Positions 28,436-38,831 are shown, counted from the stretch's first letter. The stretch: 64,000 nt of DNA from Agathobacter sp. (GCA_036309165.1 JAXJUI010000053.1:1447-65446), one strand, 5' to 3'. Numbers and translations: made by a program. Notes: generated by a model from the letters alone, not told the origin.

Positions 28436-30472
28436 TTAGGCTGTCACCATCCCCACTGATTGTAGTTCAATATTTGATTCCACTTCGTTATACGAAATAA
28501 CAATCAAATCCCTGAAATAATCTTCGGTAAGTTTTTTAAAGTACATTCGTACAATCGGCGATGTAATAATTATCGCACTCTTTCCAAGGCTCTCCAATTT
28601 CTGAATTTCTGTTCCTACAGAATCCATAATTGCTCTTGTTTTTTCTGGATCAAGTGTTAAATATGCACCTTGCTCTGTTTGTTTTACAGACTGCATTATT
28701 TCCTGTTCAACTTTTGGATCAAGTGTAACAACACTTGTTACCTCGTTTGAAGGGAAATATTTATTCGAAATTGCACGTTTCAAACTTTGTCTTACATATT
28801 CGGTTAGTACATCTGTGTCCCTTGAAGTTTGCGCATGGTCAGCAAGTGTTTCAAAAATTGTAAGCAAATCTCGTATAGAAATTCCTTCTTGCAAAAGATT
28901 TTGAAGTACTTTCTGCACTTCTCCAAGTCCAAGCAATTTTGGCACCAGCTCGTCCACAAGAACAGGATTGCTTTCTTTTAAGTTATTAACAAGACCTTGT
29001 ACATCCTGTCTGGTAAGAAGTTCTGCTATATGCGTACGTATAATCTCTGTCAAATGTGTTGCAATAATTGAAGGAGGATCAACAACCGTATATCCTAAGC
29101 TTTCTGCACGCTCTCTTTGACTTTCTGTAATCCACAATGCTGGTAAATGGAAAGAAGGTTCAAAAGTCGGAATACCCGTAATCTCTTCTTCCACATATCC
29201 CGGATTCATTGCCATATAGTGATCAAACAGAATCTCCCCTTCTGTAATCTGAATTCCTTTAATCTTAATAATATACTGATTTGGATTAAGCTGAATATTG
29301 TCTCTTAAGCGAATAATTGGAACAACCGTACCAAGTTCAAGCGCAATCTGACGACGAATCATAACAACACGATCAAGTAAATCTCCACCTTGATTTACAT
29401 CAGCAAGTGGAATGATACCATATCCAAATTCAAGTTCGATTGGATCAACCTGTAACAACGATACAACATTTTCTGGACGCCTGATTTCTTCAGCTTCCGT
29501 CTCTGCCTGTTGAACCTCTTCTTCGATTTGTTCCTCACCAATACCATTTGATATCGAACGACCAGCAATAATAAATACAACTCCAAGTGCAATAAACAAG
29601 AATGTATTTAAGGTCGTAAATATCGCAAGGAAAATAAGAACAGAACCAACCATATATAATACTCTTGGAATACCAAATAACTGTTTTACCAGTACTCCAC
29701 TAAAGTCTGCTTCATTTGAACCTTTTGTTACCAAAATACCTGTTGATAACGAAATAAGCAAAGAAGGAATCTGTGATACCAAACCATCACCGATAGTAAG
29801 AATTCCATACTGCATTAATGCATCATTGATTTCCAAACCTTGTTTTATTACACCAAGTGAAATACCACCAACCAAGTTAATAAGTGTAATTACAAGGCCC
29901 GCGGTAGCATCTCCTTTTACGTATTTTGTAGCACCATCCATCGCTCCGAAGAAATTCGATTCTTTTTGAATTTTCTCACGACGTTCTTTTGCTTCTTTAT
30001 CTGTAATTGCACCTGTATTTAAATCCGCATCAATAGCCATCTGTTTACCAGGCATAGCATCCAATGTAAAACGAGCTGTTACTTCTGATACACGTTCTGA
30101 ACCCTTATTGATTACCATAAACTGAATCAACACAAGTACAATAAATACGATGGAACCGATAACAATATCACCACCACCAACGAATTGTCCAAAAGTCTTA
30201 ACTACATTACCCGGGTCACCCGAATTGAGAATTAATCTTGTCGAAGAAACGTTTAATGAAATTCGAAAGATTGTTGTAAAAAGAAGCAACGTTGGAAAGA
30301 ATGACATATCTAATACTTCTTTTACAAACAACGAATCAAATAGAATAATCAAAGCAATCGAGATATTTATTGCAAGCATAACATCAAGAAGAAATGATGG
30401 AATTGGAATAATGAAGAAAATAACTGCAGCTAATAAATATAACCCAACACCAATATCTGTCTTCTTAATCAT
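28436..30472 (-). CDS. flhA: Flagellar export protein FlhA
   Basis: 'ARFTLDAMPGKQMAIDADL', 'GAMDGA.KYVKGD'. Confidence 0.97.
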   Translation of the reverse strand: MIKKTDIGVGLYLLAAVIFFIIPIPSFLLDVMLAINISIALIILFDSLFVKEVLDMSFFPTLLLFTTIFRISLNVSSTRLILNSGDPGNVVKTFGQFVGGGDIVIGSIVFIVLVLIQFMVINKGSERVSEVTARFTLDAMPGKQMAIDADLNTGAITDKEAKERREKIQKESNFFGAMDGATKYVKGDATAGLVITLINLVGGISLGVIKQGLEINDALMQYGILTIGDGLVSQIPSLLISLSTGILVTKGSNEADFSGVLVKQLFGIPRVLYMVGSVLIFLAIFTTLNTFLFIALGVVFIIAGRSISNGIGEEQIEEEVQQAETEAEEIRRPENVVSLLQVDPIELEFGYGIIPLADVNQGGDLLDRVVMIRRQIALELGTVVPIIRLRDNIQLNPNQYIIKIKGIQITEGEILFDHYMAMNPGYVEEEITGIPTFEPSFHLPALWITESQRERAESLGYTVVDPPSIIATHLTEIIRTHIAELLTRQDVQGLVNNLKESNPVLVDELVPKLLGLGEVQKVLQNLLQEGISIRDLLTIFETLADHAQTSRDTDVLTEYVRQSLKRAISNKYFPSNEVTSVVTLDPKVEQEIMQSVKQTEQGAYLTLDPEKTRAIMDSVGTEIQKLESLGKSAIIITSPIVRMYFKKLTEDYFRDLIVISYNEVESNIELQSVGMVTA

Positions 30473-30509
30473 CTTACATATACCTCCTTTCTCTTGATTA
30501 TTGTTCTAC

Positions 30510-31652
30510 TTAATTTTTCATATTGTATACCATTGCAAGCACCTCTGCCACGGACTGATAAAGTTCCGGAGGAATTTCACTTCCGATATCCACATTATGA
30601 TATAGCATCCTTGCAAGTGGTTTATTTTCCACGATTTCAATATTATGTTCTCTTGCCACTTCTCGAATTTTAAGGGCAACATAATCTTCACCTTTTGCAA
30701 GAACAATTGGCGCTTTTTGTGAATCAGGGTCATATTTAAGCGCCACAGACAAATGCGTAGGGTTTGTGATTACGACATCTGCCTTAGGAACATCCTGCAT
30801 CATTCGTCTTTGAGAAGCTTCTTGCATTTTTCTTCTCTGACGACCTTTAATTTGAGGATCTCCTTCTGTATTTTTATATTCATCTTTTACTTCCTGTTTG
30901 GTCATTTTCATATCTTCTTTGAATTTATGTCTTTGATATACAAAATCAGCAATACCAACGACCAAATATACAATACTGATTTTAAGACCAACATCAATAA
31001 TGATTTTTCCCACCAATGCGATTGCCTGGTTTAAAGAAATTTCATATAAAATAAATAAATTATCTTTATATTCACTAATTGATGATATCGCCACATAACC
31101 GATTATACCAATTTTAAGGATTGCTTTTATTAATTCAAAAATAGAATCTTTAGAAAAAATACGTTTAAATCCACTAATCGGATTAAATTTACTAAGTTTT
31201 GGTTCCATTGGTTTGGCAGATACCGTCCATCCAACTTGATAGATGCTAATTAACAAAGTAATCAATAAACCAAAAATAAAAAAAGGAATACAAATCACTA
31301 TCATCTTTCCAACAATGGAATTAAGAAATCCACCAGCTGTTACAGCAGAAAAAGAAACTGAGTTAATATCAACCATATCAGGAATTAATCGATACACACG
31401 GTCAAAAACTCCTATCAAATTTTCTCCAACAAATCCAACAAAAATTTTTAACACAAGAAATAATACTATCAAATCAAAAGCAGCTGTAAATTCTTTACTC
31501 TTTGCTACTTTACCTTCTTTTCTTGCGTCCCTTAACTTTTTGTCAGTTGCAGGTTCTGTCTTCTCTCCGCCTTCTCCATCCTGCGCAAACCACTGAAGGT
31601 TATATTCTAATATGTACTTACTTTTTTCTTCTTCTCTAATACATTCCTTCAA
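30510..31652 (-). CDS. flhB: Flagellar export protein FlhB
   Basis: 'EKTEPAT', 'NPTH' autocleavage site. Start uncertain: the last in-frame canonical start is TTG at 31652, overlapping the fliR end. Confidence 0.93.
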   Translation of the reverse strand: MKECIREEEKSKYILEYNLQWFAQDGEGGEKTEPATDKKLRDARKEGKVAKSKEFTAAFDLIVLFLVLKIFVGFVGENLIGVFDRVYRLIPDMVDINSVSFSAVTAGGFLNSIVGKMIVICIPFFIFGLLITLLISIYQVGWTVSAKPMEPKLSKFNPISGFKRIFSKDSIFELIKAILKIGIIGYVAISSISEYKDNLFILYEISLNQAIALVGKIIIDVGLKISIVYLVVGIADFVYQRHKFKEDMKMTKQEVKDEYKNTEGDPQIKGRQRRKMQEASQRRMMQDVPKADVVITNPTHLSVALKYDPDSQKAPIVLAKGEDYVALKIREVAREHNIEIVENKPLARMLYHNVDIGSEIPPELYQSVAEVLAMVYNMKN

Positions 31653-32415
31653 TGACCAAAACCACCATCGTCTTAATTTCTCGATAAATAAAGTCTGCAA
31701 TTCCTGGAATCATAAATACAGTTAAGAAAATGACTGCAAAGCCAACGAATATCTTGAGCTGAATTCCTACAGCGAACATATTCATCTGTGGTGCAACTTT
31801 CGCCATAATACCAAGCACGCAGTTTAAAATCATGATGCACGCAAACACTGGTAAAAATATACGAAATCCAATAACAAATAAATCTCCAACATACTTTATC
31901 ATCGCCCCCAAAAGATGATCCCAATTAAATACTGCACCACCAACGGGAACTACTTGAAAAGAATCACAAACTGCACGTAATACATACGTATGCATATCGG
32001 ATAACACCAAAATAATCATTACAAAATAGTAATACAAATTACCTGAAATCGTTACCTGACTTCCCATTTCAGGATTAAACTCTGTCGCCATAGACAAACC
32101 GATATCCATATCAATGATGTTACCTGCAAACAAAATAATATAACTACAAATATTTGCCGCAAATCCAATAATGATACCTGTCATCACTTCTTTTACAATA
32201 AACGATGCAAAACCTATTACACTCACGTAATCGAGCTCCGAAACCGGTACCACTCCGTAAAGAAGAATAGAAACAAAAAAAGAAATACCTATCTTCACTC
32301 TTGCTGGGACACTTGTTTGTCCAAAAACGGGAGCAACAAATATAAAACTTGCTATACGTACTAGAATTAGTAGAAAGTATTCAAAATTACTTAATGAAAA
32401 CGAAACATCTACCAT
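31636..32415 (-). CDS. fliR: Flagellar export protein FliR
   Basis: 'VAPVFG', 'KVAPQMNMFAVG'; hydrophobic; position in locus. Confidence 0.93.
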   Translation of the reverse strand: MVDVSFSLSNFEYFLLILVRIASFIFVAPVFGQTSVPARVKIGISFFVSILLYGVVPVSELDYVSVIGFASFIVKEVMTGIIIGFAANICSYIILFAGNIIDMDIGLSMATEFNPEMGSQVTISGNLYYYFVMIILVLSDMHTYVLRAVCDSFQVVPVGGAVFNWDHLLGAMIKYVGDLFVIGFRIFLPVFACIMILNCVLGIMAKVAPQMNMFAVGIQLKIFVGFAVIFLTVFMIPGIADFIYREIKTMVVLVIEGMY

Positions 32416-32419
32416 ACCA

Positions 32420-32698
32420 CTAACCTAAACTTAAATAATAACTAAAATTCGACCACAGATCTGTCATAAAACCTGACATATTATTTAACATCCATGATCC
32501 ACAAATCATAATTGTCAAAAAAACTGCTAAAATCTTTGGAACAAAGGTAAGCGTCTGTTCCTGAATTGATGTTACTGTCTGAAAAATACTAACCAAAAGA
32601 CCTACAATTAACGAAACAAGCAAAAGCGGAGCCGCTGTTGTAATAATGACATATATCGCTTCTCTGGCAATATCAAGTACAGCTTCTTCTGAAATCAT
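32420..32698 (-). CDS. fliQ: Flagellar export protein FliQ
   Basis: 'FQTVTSIQEQTLTFVPK'. Confidence 0.96.
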   Translation of the reverse strand: MISEEAVLDIAREAIYVIITTAAPLLLVSLIVGLLVSIFQTVTSIQEQTLTFVPKILAVFLTIMICGSWMLNNMSGFMTDLWSNFSYYLSLG

Positions 32699-32709
32699 AT
32701 CTTACCTCC

Positions 32710-33552
32710 TTAATAGAACGTTCGGACGACATTTACAATAACAAGATTCCAACCATCCGCCAAAATAAACAAAAGAATTTTAAACGGTAAGGATATCGTC
32801 GTCGGTGGTAACATCATCATACCCATTGACATAAGAACCGAAGATACTACCATATCAATTACGATAAAGGGAATATAAATCAAAAATCCGATGATAAACG
32901 CTGTACGAAGTTCGCTTACAATAAATGCCGGAACTAATGTTGTAAATGGAACATCTTCATACGATTCATATTCTTCACCAGATATTTCTACAAACATTGC
33001 CAAATCTTTTTCTAAAGTTTCTTTATACATAAACTCTCGAAACGGTTCTTCTGCAATCTCTAAAGCTTCCTCTTGTGTAATTTCACCTCTATCAAGAGGC
33101 TTAATCGCATTATCATTTACCTGCTGAAATGTTGGCCACATAATAAAGAAAGTCAAAAACAACGCCAATCCAATCAACACCTGGTTTGGTGGTGCTGTCT
33201 GTGTTCCTATCGCTGTCCTCAAAAAGTGAAGAACAATAATAATTCTTGTAAATGAAGTCAGCATAATAAGAATCGAAGGTGCCAAAGATAATATCGTAAG
33301 CGTCAAAAGCATACGAATTGGTGTCGATATCGTTCCTTCATCATTGCTATATGTAATTGACAAACCATTTGTATTGTCATCATGATCCGCCGTCTCACCG
33401 CCACCTTGTGTCAAATCCGTCACATCTTCTCCATTAACACTCTGCGCATATGTAGTTTTTGGACTACAAAATGTAAATCCTATTGTAAATACAAGGACTG
33501 CGCATGCAAAAATAAAACTTGCCGCGCAGTATGTTTTCTTTATCTTTTTCAT
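32710..33552 (-). CDS. fliP: Flagellar export protein FliP
   Basis: 'TSFTRI', 'PPNQVL', 'MGMMMLPP', 'DGWNL'. Start moved to MKKIKK. Confidence 0.95.
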   Translation of the reverse strand: MKKIKKTYCAASFIFACAVLVFTIGFTFCSPKTTYAQSVNGEDVTDLTQGGGETADHDDNTNGLSITYSNDEGTISTPIRMLLTLTILSLAPSILIMLTSFTRIIIVLHFLRTAIGTQTAPPNQVLIGLALFLTFFIMWPTFQQVNDNAIKPLDRGEITQEEALEIAEEPFREFMYKETLEKDLAMFVEISGEEYESYEDVPFTTLVPAFIVSELRTAFIIGFLIYIPFIVIDMVVSSVLMSMGMMMLPPTTISLPFKILLFILADGWNLVIVNVVRTFY

Positions 33553-33559
33553 TTTATTC

Positions 33560-33949
33560 CTACTTTTTATTCTGAAACTTATCCTTAAGTTTTGAAAAGA
33601 CTTCCTGAAACGAATCATTAGTTGCTGTGTTTTCATACATAAAAGAAAAATCTTTCAATTGTTCCTTTGTAAGCTGTGCCAAAAGATTAACCTCATCTTT
33701 TCCGATAGAGACAACAAGATAAACCTCACCCGCTTCTACAAGAGAAATCATTTTATTATTTCCAACCGGAACTGTTTCAATCACTTTCAAATTCTTATTT
33801 GCATAATGTGCTTTTTGATATCCTGCCATCCACTTGGTTGCAGCATATGTAACTAACAACACGAAAACAAAAATCAAAAGCAATGCAATCAATTCAAAGA
33901 AACTTTTCAAGCTTGAGGATAATAGAATATTTGCCAATAAAACCTTCAT
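33560..33949 (-). CDS. fliO: Flagellar protein FliO/FliZ
   Basis: Single TM then 'NLKVIETVPVG..KMISLVEAG..YLVV'; upstream of fliP. Confidence 0.85.
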   Translation of the reverse strand: MKVLLANILLSSSLKSFFELIALLLIFVFVLLVTYAATKWMAGYQKAHYANKNLKVIETVPVGNNKMISLVEAGEVYLVVSIGKDEVNLLAQLTKEQLKDFSFMYENTATNDSFQEVFSKLKDKFQNKK

Positions 33950-33950
33950 A

Positions 33951-34313
33951 TTAACCTACTACTTTTTTTACTGCTTCTAATACGCGGTCTGCCTGGAATG
34001 GTTTAACAATAAAATCTTTTGCTCCAGACTGAATTGCTTCAATAACCATAGCCTGCTGTCCCATCGCAGAACACATAATAACGGATGCTCCTGGATCCTT
34101 CGCTTTAATTGCCTTTAATGCCTGAATTCCATCCATTTCCGGCATAGTAATATCCATAAGAACTAAGTCAGGATTTACCTCCGAATATTTCTCAACAGCA
34201 ATTGCTCCATTTTCTGCTTCTGCTACAACATTATATTCATTCTTTGTAAGAATATCTTTAATCATCATTCTCATAAATGCTGCATCATCAACAATCATAA
34301 TATTTTTTCCCAT
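33951..34313 (-). CDS. cheY: Chemotaxis response regulator CheY
   Basis: 'VDDAAFMRMMIKDIL', 'MDITMPEMDG', 'KPF'. Confidence 0.95.
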   Translation of the reverse strand: MGKNIMIVDDAAFMRMMIKDILTKNEYNVVAEAENGAIAVEKYSEVNPDLVLMDITMPEMDGIQALKAIKAKDPGASVIMCSAMGQQAMVIEAIQSGAKDFIVKPFQADRVLEAVKKVVG

Positions 34314-34337
34314 TTTTCTTTCTCCTACTCTTATGTT

Positions 34338-35531
34338 TTATGAAACAGGTGGTTTAATACCATTATTTACGATTTCTGTAATACGAACACCAAAACTTTC
34401 TTCGATTACTACAACTTCGCCTTTTGCAACATACTTGCCATTTACAAGTACATCAATTGGTTCACCTGCAATTCTATTTAACTCGATAATTTTTCCAGGA
34501 CTAAAATCCAGGATATCTGCAATCGATTTAGAAGTACGTCCTAATTCAACCGTTACTTCAAGTGGAACATCCATAATCAAATCAATATTCTCTGGTTGAT
34601 AATTTCCCATTGCACCAGGAGTAAACGCGGAAAACTGTGCCGGCTGTACATTGACTGGTTGTCCCATCTGAGGCATTCCCATCATTGGCATACCCATCTG
34701 CGGCATACCCATTTGTGGCATTCCCATTTGTGGCATTCCCATTTGCGGTGCCATCTGTGGCATCTCCTGCTGTGGTGCCATCTGAGGTGCCGTTGCGGTC
34801 GCTTGTGTTTGCTGCGGATTAGGTGTTTGTGCTTCCTCTTTCACACTGCTACTATCCATTTCCATATTTTTTGAAACGCCTTCACACATTTCTTTTGCAA
34901 AAGAAAACGGATAAAGCTGCATGATTTCACTATCAACCAAATCACCAATTTCCATTTTAAACGAAATTTTTACAAATGGTTTTGTAAGAAATTCATCAAT
35001 TGTGCTTTCGTCAACATTACTCTTTAAATCAACCAAATCTGCAATTGGCGGACTAATATCAATCATCTTGTTTAACATAGAAGATAATGATGTTGCTGAC
35101 GATCCCATCATCTGATTCATTGCTTCGCTGATTGCACTTAAATGCAATTCGCCAAGCTCACTGTCATCAACATTTTCTCCGTCACCACCCATCATCAAAT
35201 CGGTGATAATTTTTACATCACGTTCCTTCAAAACAAGAATATTGCTTCCGTCAAGACCGACTGTATATGCAATTCGAATGAATACACATGGTCTTTCATA
35301 TTTTTCAACGATTTCATCCCATGTTGCAAACGAAACAACTGGTGTTGAAATCTCCACCTTACGGTTTACGAGAGAAAACAACGTCGTCGCTGCTGTACCC
35401 ATGCTGATATTTGCTATTTCGCCAATGGCATCTTTTTCAGAATCTGTTAAAGTTTCTTCACTCGAAGCGGCTCCACCATCTGGTTCGCTAAGTAAAGCAT
35501 TGATTTCTTCTTGAGATAAAACTCCATCCAT
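34338..35531 (-). CDS. fliY: Flagellar motor switch phosphatase FliY (CheC-like domain plus FliN)
   Basis: 'LSQEEINALL', two ExxN motifs, C-terminal FliN 'DVPLEVTVELG...GEVVV..FGVRI'. Confidence 0.93.
   Translation of the reverse strand: MDGVLSQEEINALLSEPDGGAASSEETLTDSEKDAIGEIANISMGTAATTLFSLVNRKVEISTPVVSFATWDEIVEKYERPCVFIRIAYTVGLDGSNILVLKERDVKIITDLMMGGDGENVDDSELGELHLSAISEAMNQMMGSSATSLSSMLNKMIDISPPIADLVDLKSNVDESTIDEFLTKPFVKISFKMEIGDLVDSEIMQLYPFSFAKEMCEGVSKNMEMDSSSVKEEAQTPNPQQTQATATAPQMAPQQEMPQMAPQMGMPQMGMPQMGMPQMGMPMMGMPQMGQPVNVQPAQFSAFTPGAMGNYQPENIDLIMDVPLEVTVELGRTSKSIADILDFSPGKIIELNRIAGEPIDVLVNGKYVAKGEVVVIEESFGVRITEIVNNGIKPPVS
34663..34792. repeat. 15-bp coding tandem repeat (MPQMG)n in the FliY linker
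   Basis: Five 15-bp units from 34663 to 34737 (cccatYtgNggcatW, one divergent), then degenerate APQM units. Confidence 0.85.
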
Positions 35532-35534
35532 ACC

Positions 35535-36515
35535 TTATTGCTCCTCTCTGATTACCGAAGTAACCCTTACCGCATAACAATCACCAGACTCTCCTGGTAA
35601 AGCGGCAAATTTTTTAATATTACCAACGTAAACGTCTAATTCTTCATCAACTTTTCGATCAAGTCGAATAATATCCCCTTTCTGAAGTGATGCAAAATCA
35701 CTTACAGAAACGACACTATTTCCAAGCACTGCCTTAACCGGAATCTGTGCTCTATTAATTAACGATTCAATTGCATCTGCATAACTTGCTTCATCCTGAC
35801 TTTGCATATTTGAATACCAATACTTAGTATTCAACTTATCTATAACATCTTCAAGCGTTATATAAGGAAGACAAACATTCATAAGTCCTTGCACGTCACC
35901 TATTGTGATATCAATCGTAACAATTGCAATCATTTCGCTTGGTGAAATTATCTGCGCATACTGTGAATTCGTCTCAATTCTTTCCAAGTGTGGTTTTATA
36001 TCCAAAACATTTTCCCATGGTTCTGAAAGCAAATTCACACATATAACCAATATTCGTTCAATAATCAAAAGCTCAATTTCAGAAAACTCTCGAACCTTAT
36101 CCATTGGTTCTCCTTTTCCTCCGAGCATTCGATCTACAATCGCATATCCTAGATTCGACGCCATTTCAATAATAATATTTCCTTGCAATGGTGCAAAATT
36201 AATAATACCTAACAGCACCGGATTAGATAACGCATTTGAAAATTCCTGATACGTTACCGCTTCCGAGTTCATAACCTCTACCTGAACTGATTTACGCAAA
36301 TAAACAGGTAAGTTTGTAGACAACAATCTTCCATAATGCTCAAAAATAATTTCAAGCGTTCTTAAGTGTTCCTTCGAGAATTTCGATGGACGAGCAAAAT
36401 CGTAATCCTTAACTTGCTTTTCACTATTCTCTTTTATTTCTTCAACATCTAACTCACCACTACTTAATGCATTGAGCAAGTTGTCTATCTCATTTTGAGA
36501 TAACACGTCACCCAT
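35535..36515 (-). CDS. fliM: Flagellar motor switch protein FliM
   Basis: 'LSQNEIDNLL', 'YDFARP', 'DRMLGGKG'. Confidence 0.96.
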   Translation of the reverse strand: MGDVLSQNEIDNLLNALSSGELDVEEIKENSEKQVKDYDFARPSKFSKEHLRTLEIIFEHYGRLLSTNLPVYLRKSVQVEVMNSEAVTYQEFSNALSNPVLLGIINFAPLQGNIIIEMASNLGYAIVDRMLGGKGEPMDKVREFSEIELLIIERILVICVNLLSEPWENVLDIKPHLERIETNSQYAQIISPSEMIAIVTIDITIGDVQGLMNVCLPYITLEDVIDKLNTKYWYSNMQSQDEASYADAIESLINRAQIPVKAVLGNSVVSVSDFASLQKGDIIRLDRKVDEELDVYVGNIKKFAALPGESGDCYAVRVTSVIREEQ

Positions 36516-36559
36516 CTATTCTCACCACCTTTAAAGCATTGTTGAAACCTTGCAGTCAA

Positions 36560-37084
36560 TTATTCCGCCTGTACTTTTGAGAAATTGATTCCTACAATAA
36601 AATCTTTTCCATATGTATTTTGGAATTCTTCCAGAATAGCTTCTTTTACTTCATCCTGATTATTATTAAACTCTTCAATCGTATAGGATCTTACAATTTG
36701 ATTGACGGTATCCTTCATCATTGTCTTATTTGCCGTAAGTGTTGTTGGACCATATTCTTTGTACCCCTCACTCTCTTTATTTAGAGAAAGCGAAATGGCA
36801 AGAACACCGTAATGACTCTTTCCATCTCCGCTTGATGCAAAGTTAAACATTAATGCATCCGTTTCCGGAATAAGTTCAAATACCTCAATTTGTTTAATTG
36901 GAACATTTGATGTTCCCGTTGCAGCACCACTATTCAACTCTAAGTTTGCAGCCGAACAAACTGCTTCAATCAATTTATTTGCTTTTTGAGTCTGTGGTAA
37001 TACTGTAAACATCAAAATTGCTGTTAATACAAAATTTGCAAAAACCAAAGCTAAAATTAGTACAGACATTAAATTTTTTTTCAT
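36560..37084 (-). CDS. fliL: Flagellar basal body protein FliL
   Basis: N-terminal TM, position between motB and fliM, 'FNFA...HY' and C-terminal pattern; divergent. Confidence 0.75.
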   Translation of the reverse strand: MKKNLMSVLILALVFANFVLTAILMFTVLPQTQKANKLIEAVCSAANLELNSGAATGTSNVPIKQIEVFELIPETDALMFNFASSGDGKSHYGVLAISLSLNKESEGYKEYGPTTLTANKTMMKDTVNQIVRSYTIEEFNNNQDEVKEAILEEFQNTYGKDFIVGINFSKVQAE

Positions 37085-37105
37085 TTGCTTGCCCTCCAGG
37101 TCACG

Positions 37106-37918
37106 TTATTCTTCAACATTTGAATTATAAGAATTATAAACCTTTATCTCTACTCGGCGATTGCACGCCCTACCCTCTGCCGTTGTATTATCTGCAATTG
37201 GAACATATTCTCCTCTTCCAGATGACTTAATATAAGCAGGATTCAAATCTGTAATCTCACGAATGTAATTTGCAACACTTAATGCACGATACATAGAAAG
37301 CACATCATTATCCTCATATTTACCGGAAACCTGAGGAACATTATCGGTATGACCTTCAATTTCAATAATATTCTTATCATAACGATTTAAAATCACACCA
37401 ATCTTATCGATAATCGGATAAGCCCCATCTAATATTTCTGCTTTACCAGAATCAAAAAGAATTGCTCCACTCAAATTCAATTGAACATATTCGGCATTAA
37501 AAGATACTTCAACATCATTTTGAAGACCATATGCATCTATTTGTTCCTGAATCTGCTCAGCCATTTCTTCCGACTCAGACAATTCCTGTTCTTTGTAAGC
37601 TTCTTCTACAGAGCTTTCTTCTTCTTTTTCCTCTTGGCTCTCTGAATTTGCGAGTTCTTTATAGTAATTATCCAAAAACTCTAACTGGCGAACACCAGAT
37701 GAAACAAGTTCTCCATCTCCTATGCTAGCACCACCTGCTGGAAGAATACTGACACTGCTTTGCAAAGATGCAATTACCATTTGAAACTTTTCAGCATCAA
37801 CCGTAGACATTGAGAAAAGTAATACAAAGAAACACAAAAGCAAATTCATCAGATCCGAGAATGTCGCCATCCACGCTGGTGACCCAGCTGGTGGATCTTC
37901 TTGCCTTTTCTTTGCCAC
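37106..37918 (-). CDS. motB: Stator B subunit (MotB/MotS/PomB family)
   Basis: 'WMATFSDLMNLLLCFFVLL', OmpA-like 'IEGHTD', 'NRRVEI'. Confidence 0.95.
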   Translation of the reverse strand: MAKKRQEDPPAGSPAWMATFSDLMNLLLCFFVLLFSMSTVDAEKFQMVIASLQSSVSILPAGGASIGDGELVSSGVRQLEFLDNYYKELANSESQEEKEEESSVEEAYKEQELSESEEMAEQIQEQIDAYGLQNDVEVSFNAEYVQLNLSGAILFDSGKAEILDGAYPIIDKIGVILNRYDKNIIEIEGHTDNVPQVSGKYEDNDVLSMYRALSVANYIREITDLNPAYIKSSGRGEYVPIADNTTAEGRACNRRVEIKVYNSYNSNVEE

Positions 37919-38721
37919 TATTCGTCACCTCCTGCCGAATCAGATGCCATAAATCCTTCACGAACCGAAGGTGCCAAGAAGGATTTTAATTTTTCCTCAA
38001 TTACACGTGGGTTTTCTCCTGCCTGAATAGACAAAAGACCTTCAATTATAATTGTTTTCATCATTACTTCTAACTCATTATTCTTTTTTAACTTACTTGC
38101 AATCGGAGTACAAATCCAGTTTGCAATCAAAGATCCATATAATGTAGTAAGTAAGGCAACCGCCATATTAGGACCGATTGTAGATGCATCCTCTAAGTTC
38201 TGTAACATGTTTACAAGACCAATTAAGGTACCAATCATACCCCAGGCAGGACCCATTTCTGCCCATTTTTCCCAGAAAGCCATAACACTCTTATGTCTAT
38301 CTTCCAAACAAACCAAATCTGTTTCTAAGATTCCACGAACAAGTTCAGGATCTGTTCCATCAACTACAAGCATGATTCCTTTTTTCAAGAAATCATCTTC
38401 AATACTATTTGCAGCTTCCTCTAGGGCAAGTAAACCCTCTTTTCGTCCAACATTGGACAAATCAACAATTTGCTTGATTGTTTCTGAAGTATCTACAACC
38501 ACATTTTTGAATGGAAGTCCAATTGACTTTAACCCACCAAGAAATCCTGGCAATTTATTTGAAGACAATACTGATGTAAGCGAACCACCGATTGTAATAA
38601 TAATAGATGGTGGATCAATATAGTTTCCAAATGCAGATGGATCCCATTTACTACTTGATAAAATACCAAAGATAACCATTACAAAACCGAGTGCAATTCC
38701 TGCTAGTGTTGCTATATCCAT
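37918..38721 (-). CDS. motA: Stator A subunit (MotA/MotP/PomA family)
   Basis: 'RKEGLLALE', 'PAWGMIGTLIGL', 'ALLTTLYG'. Start moved to MDIAT. Confidence 0.95.
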   Translation of the reverse strand: MDIATLAGIALGFVMVIFGILSSSKWDPSAFGNYIDPPSIIITIGGSLTSVLSSNKLPGFLGGLKSIGLPFKNVVVDTSETIKQIVDLSNVGRKEGLLALEEAANSIEDDFLKKGIMLVVDGTDPELVRGILETDLVCLEDRHKSVMAFWEKWAEMGPAWGMIGTLIGLVNMLQNLEDASTIGPNMAVALLTTLYGSLIANWICTPIASKLKKNNELEVMMKTIIIEGLLSIQAGENPRVIEEKLKSFLAPSVREGFMASDSAGGDE

Positions 38722-38802
38722 TCTACTTCGCCTTTCATTCACAAAAATTAGTATCTTTTTTCTACATATTGTGGCAAAATACCACAATTTCCCCTTTATA
38801 TG

Positions 38803-38831
38803 ATTTTACTAAATCTCAATTAAAATGTCTA
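38803..38831 (-). promoter_or_regulatory. Internal SigA-type promoter upstream of motA
   Basis: TAGACA-17-TAAAAT, downstream of the flgE terminator. Confidence 0.55.

Noticed and set aside
34663..34792. CRISPR-like array
   Set aside because: Contiguous in-frame coding repeats with no unique spacers and no cas genes.
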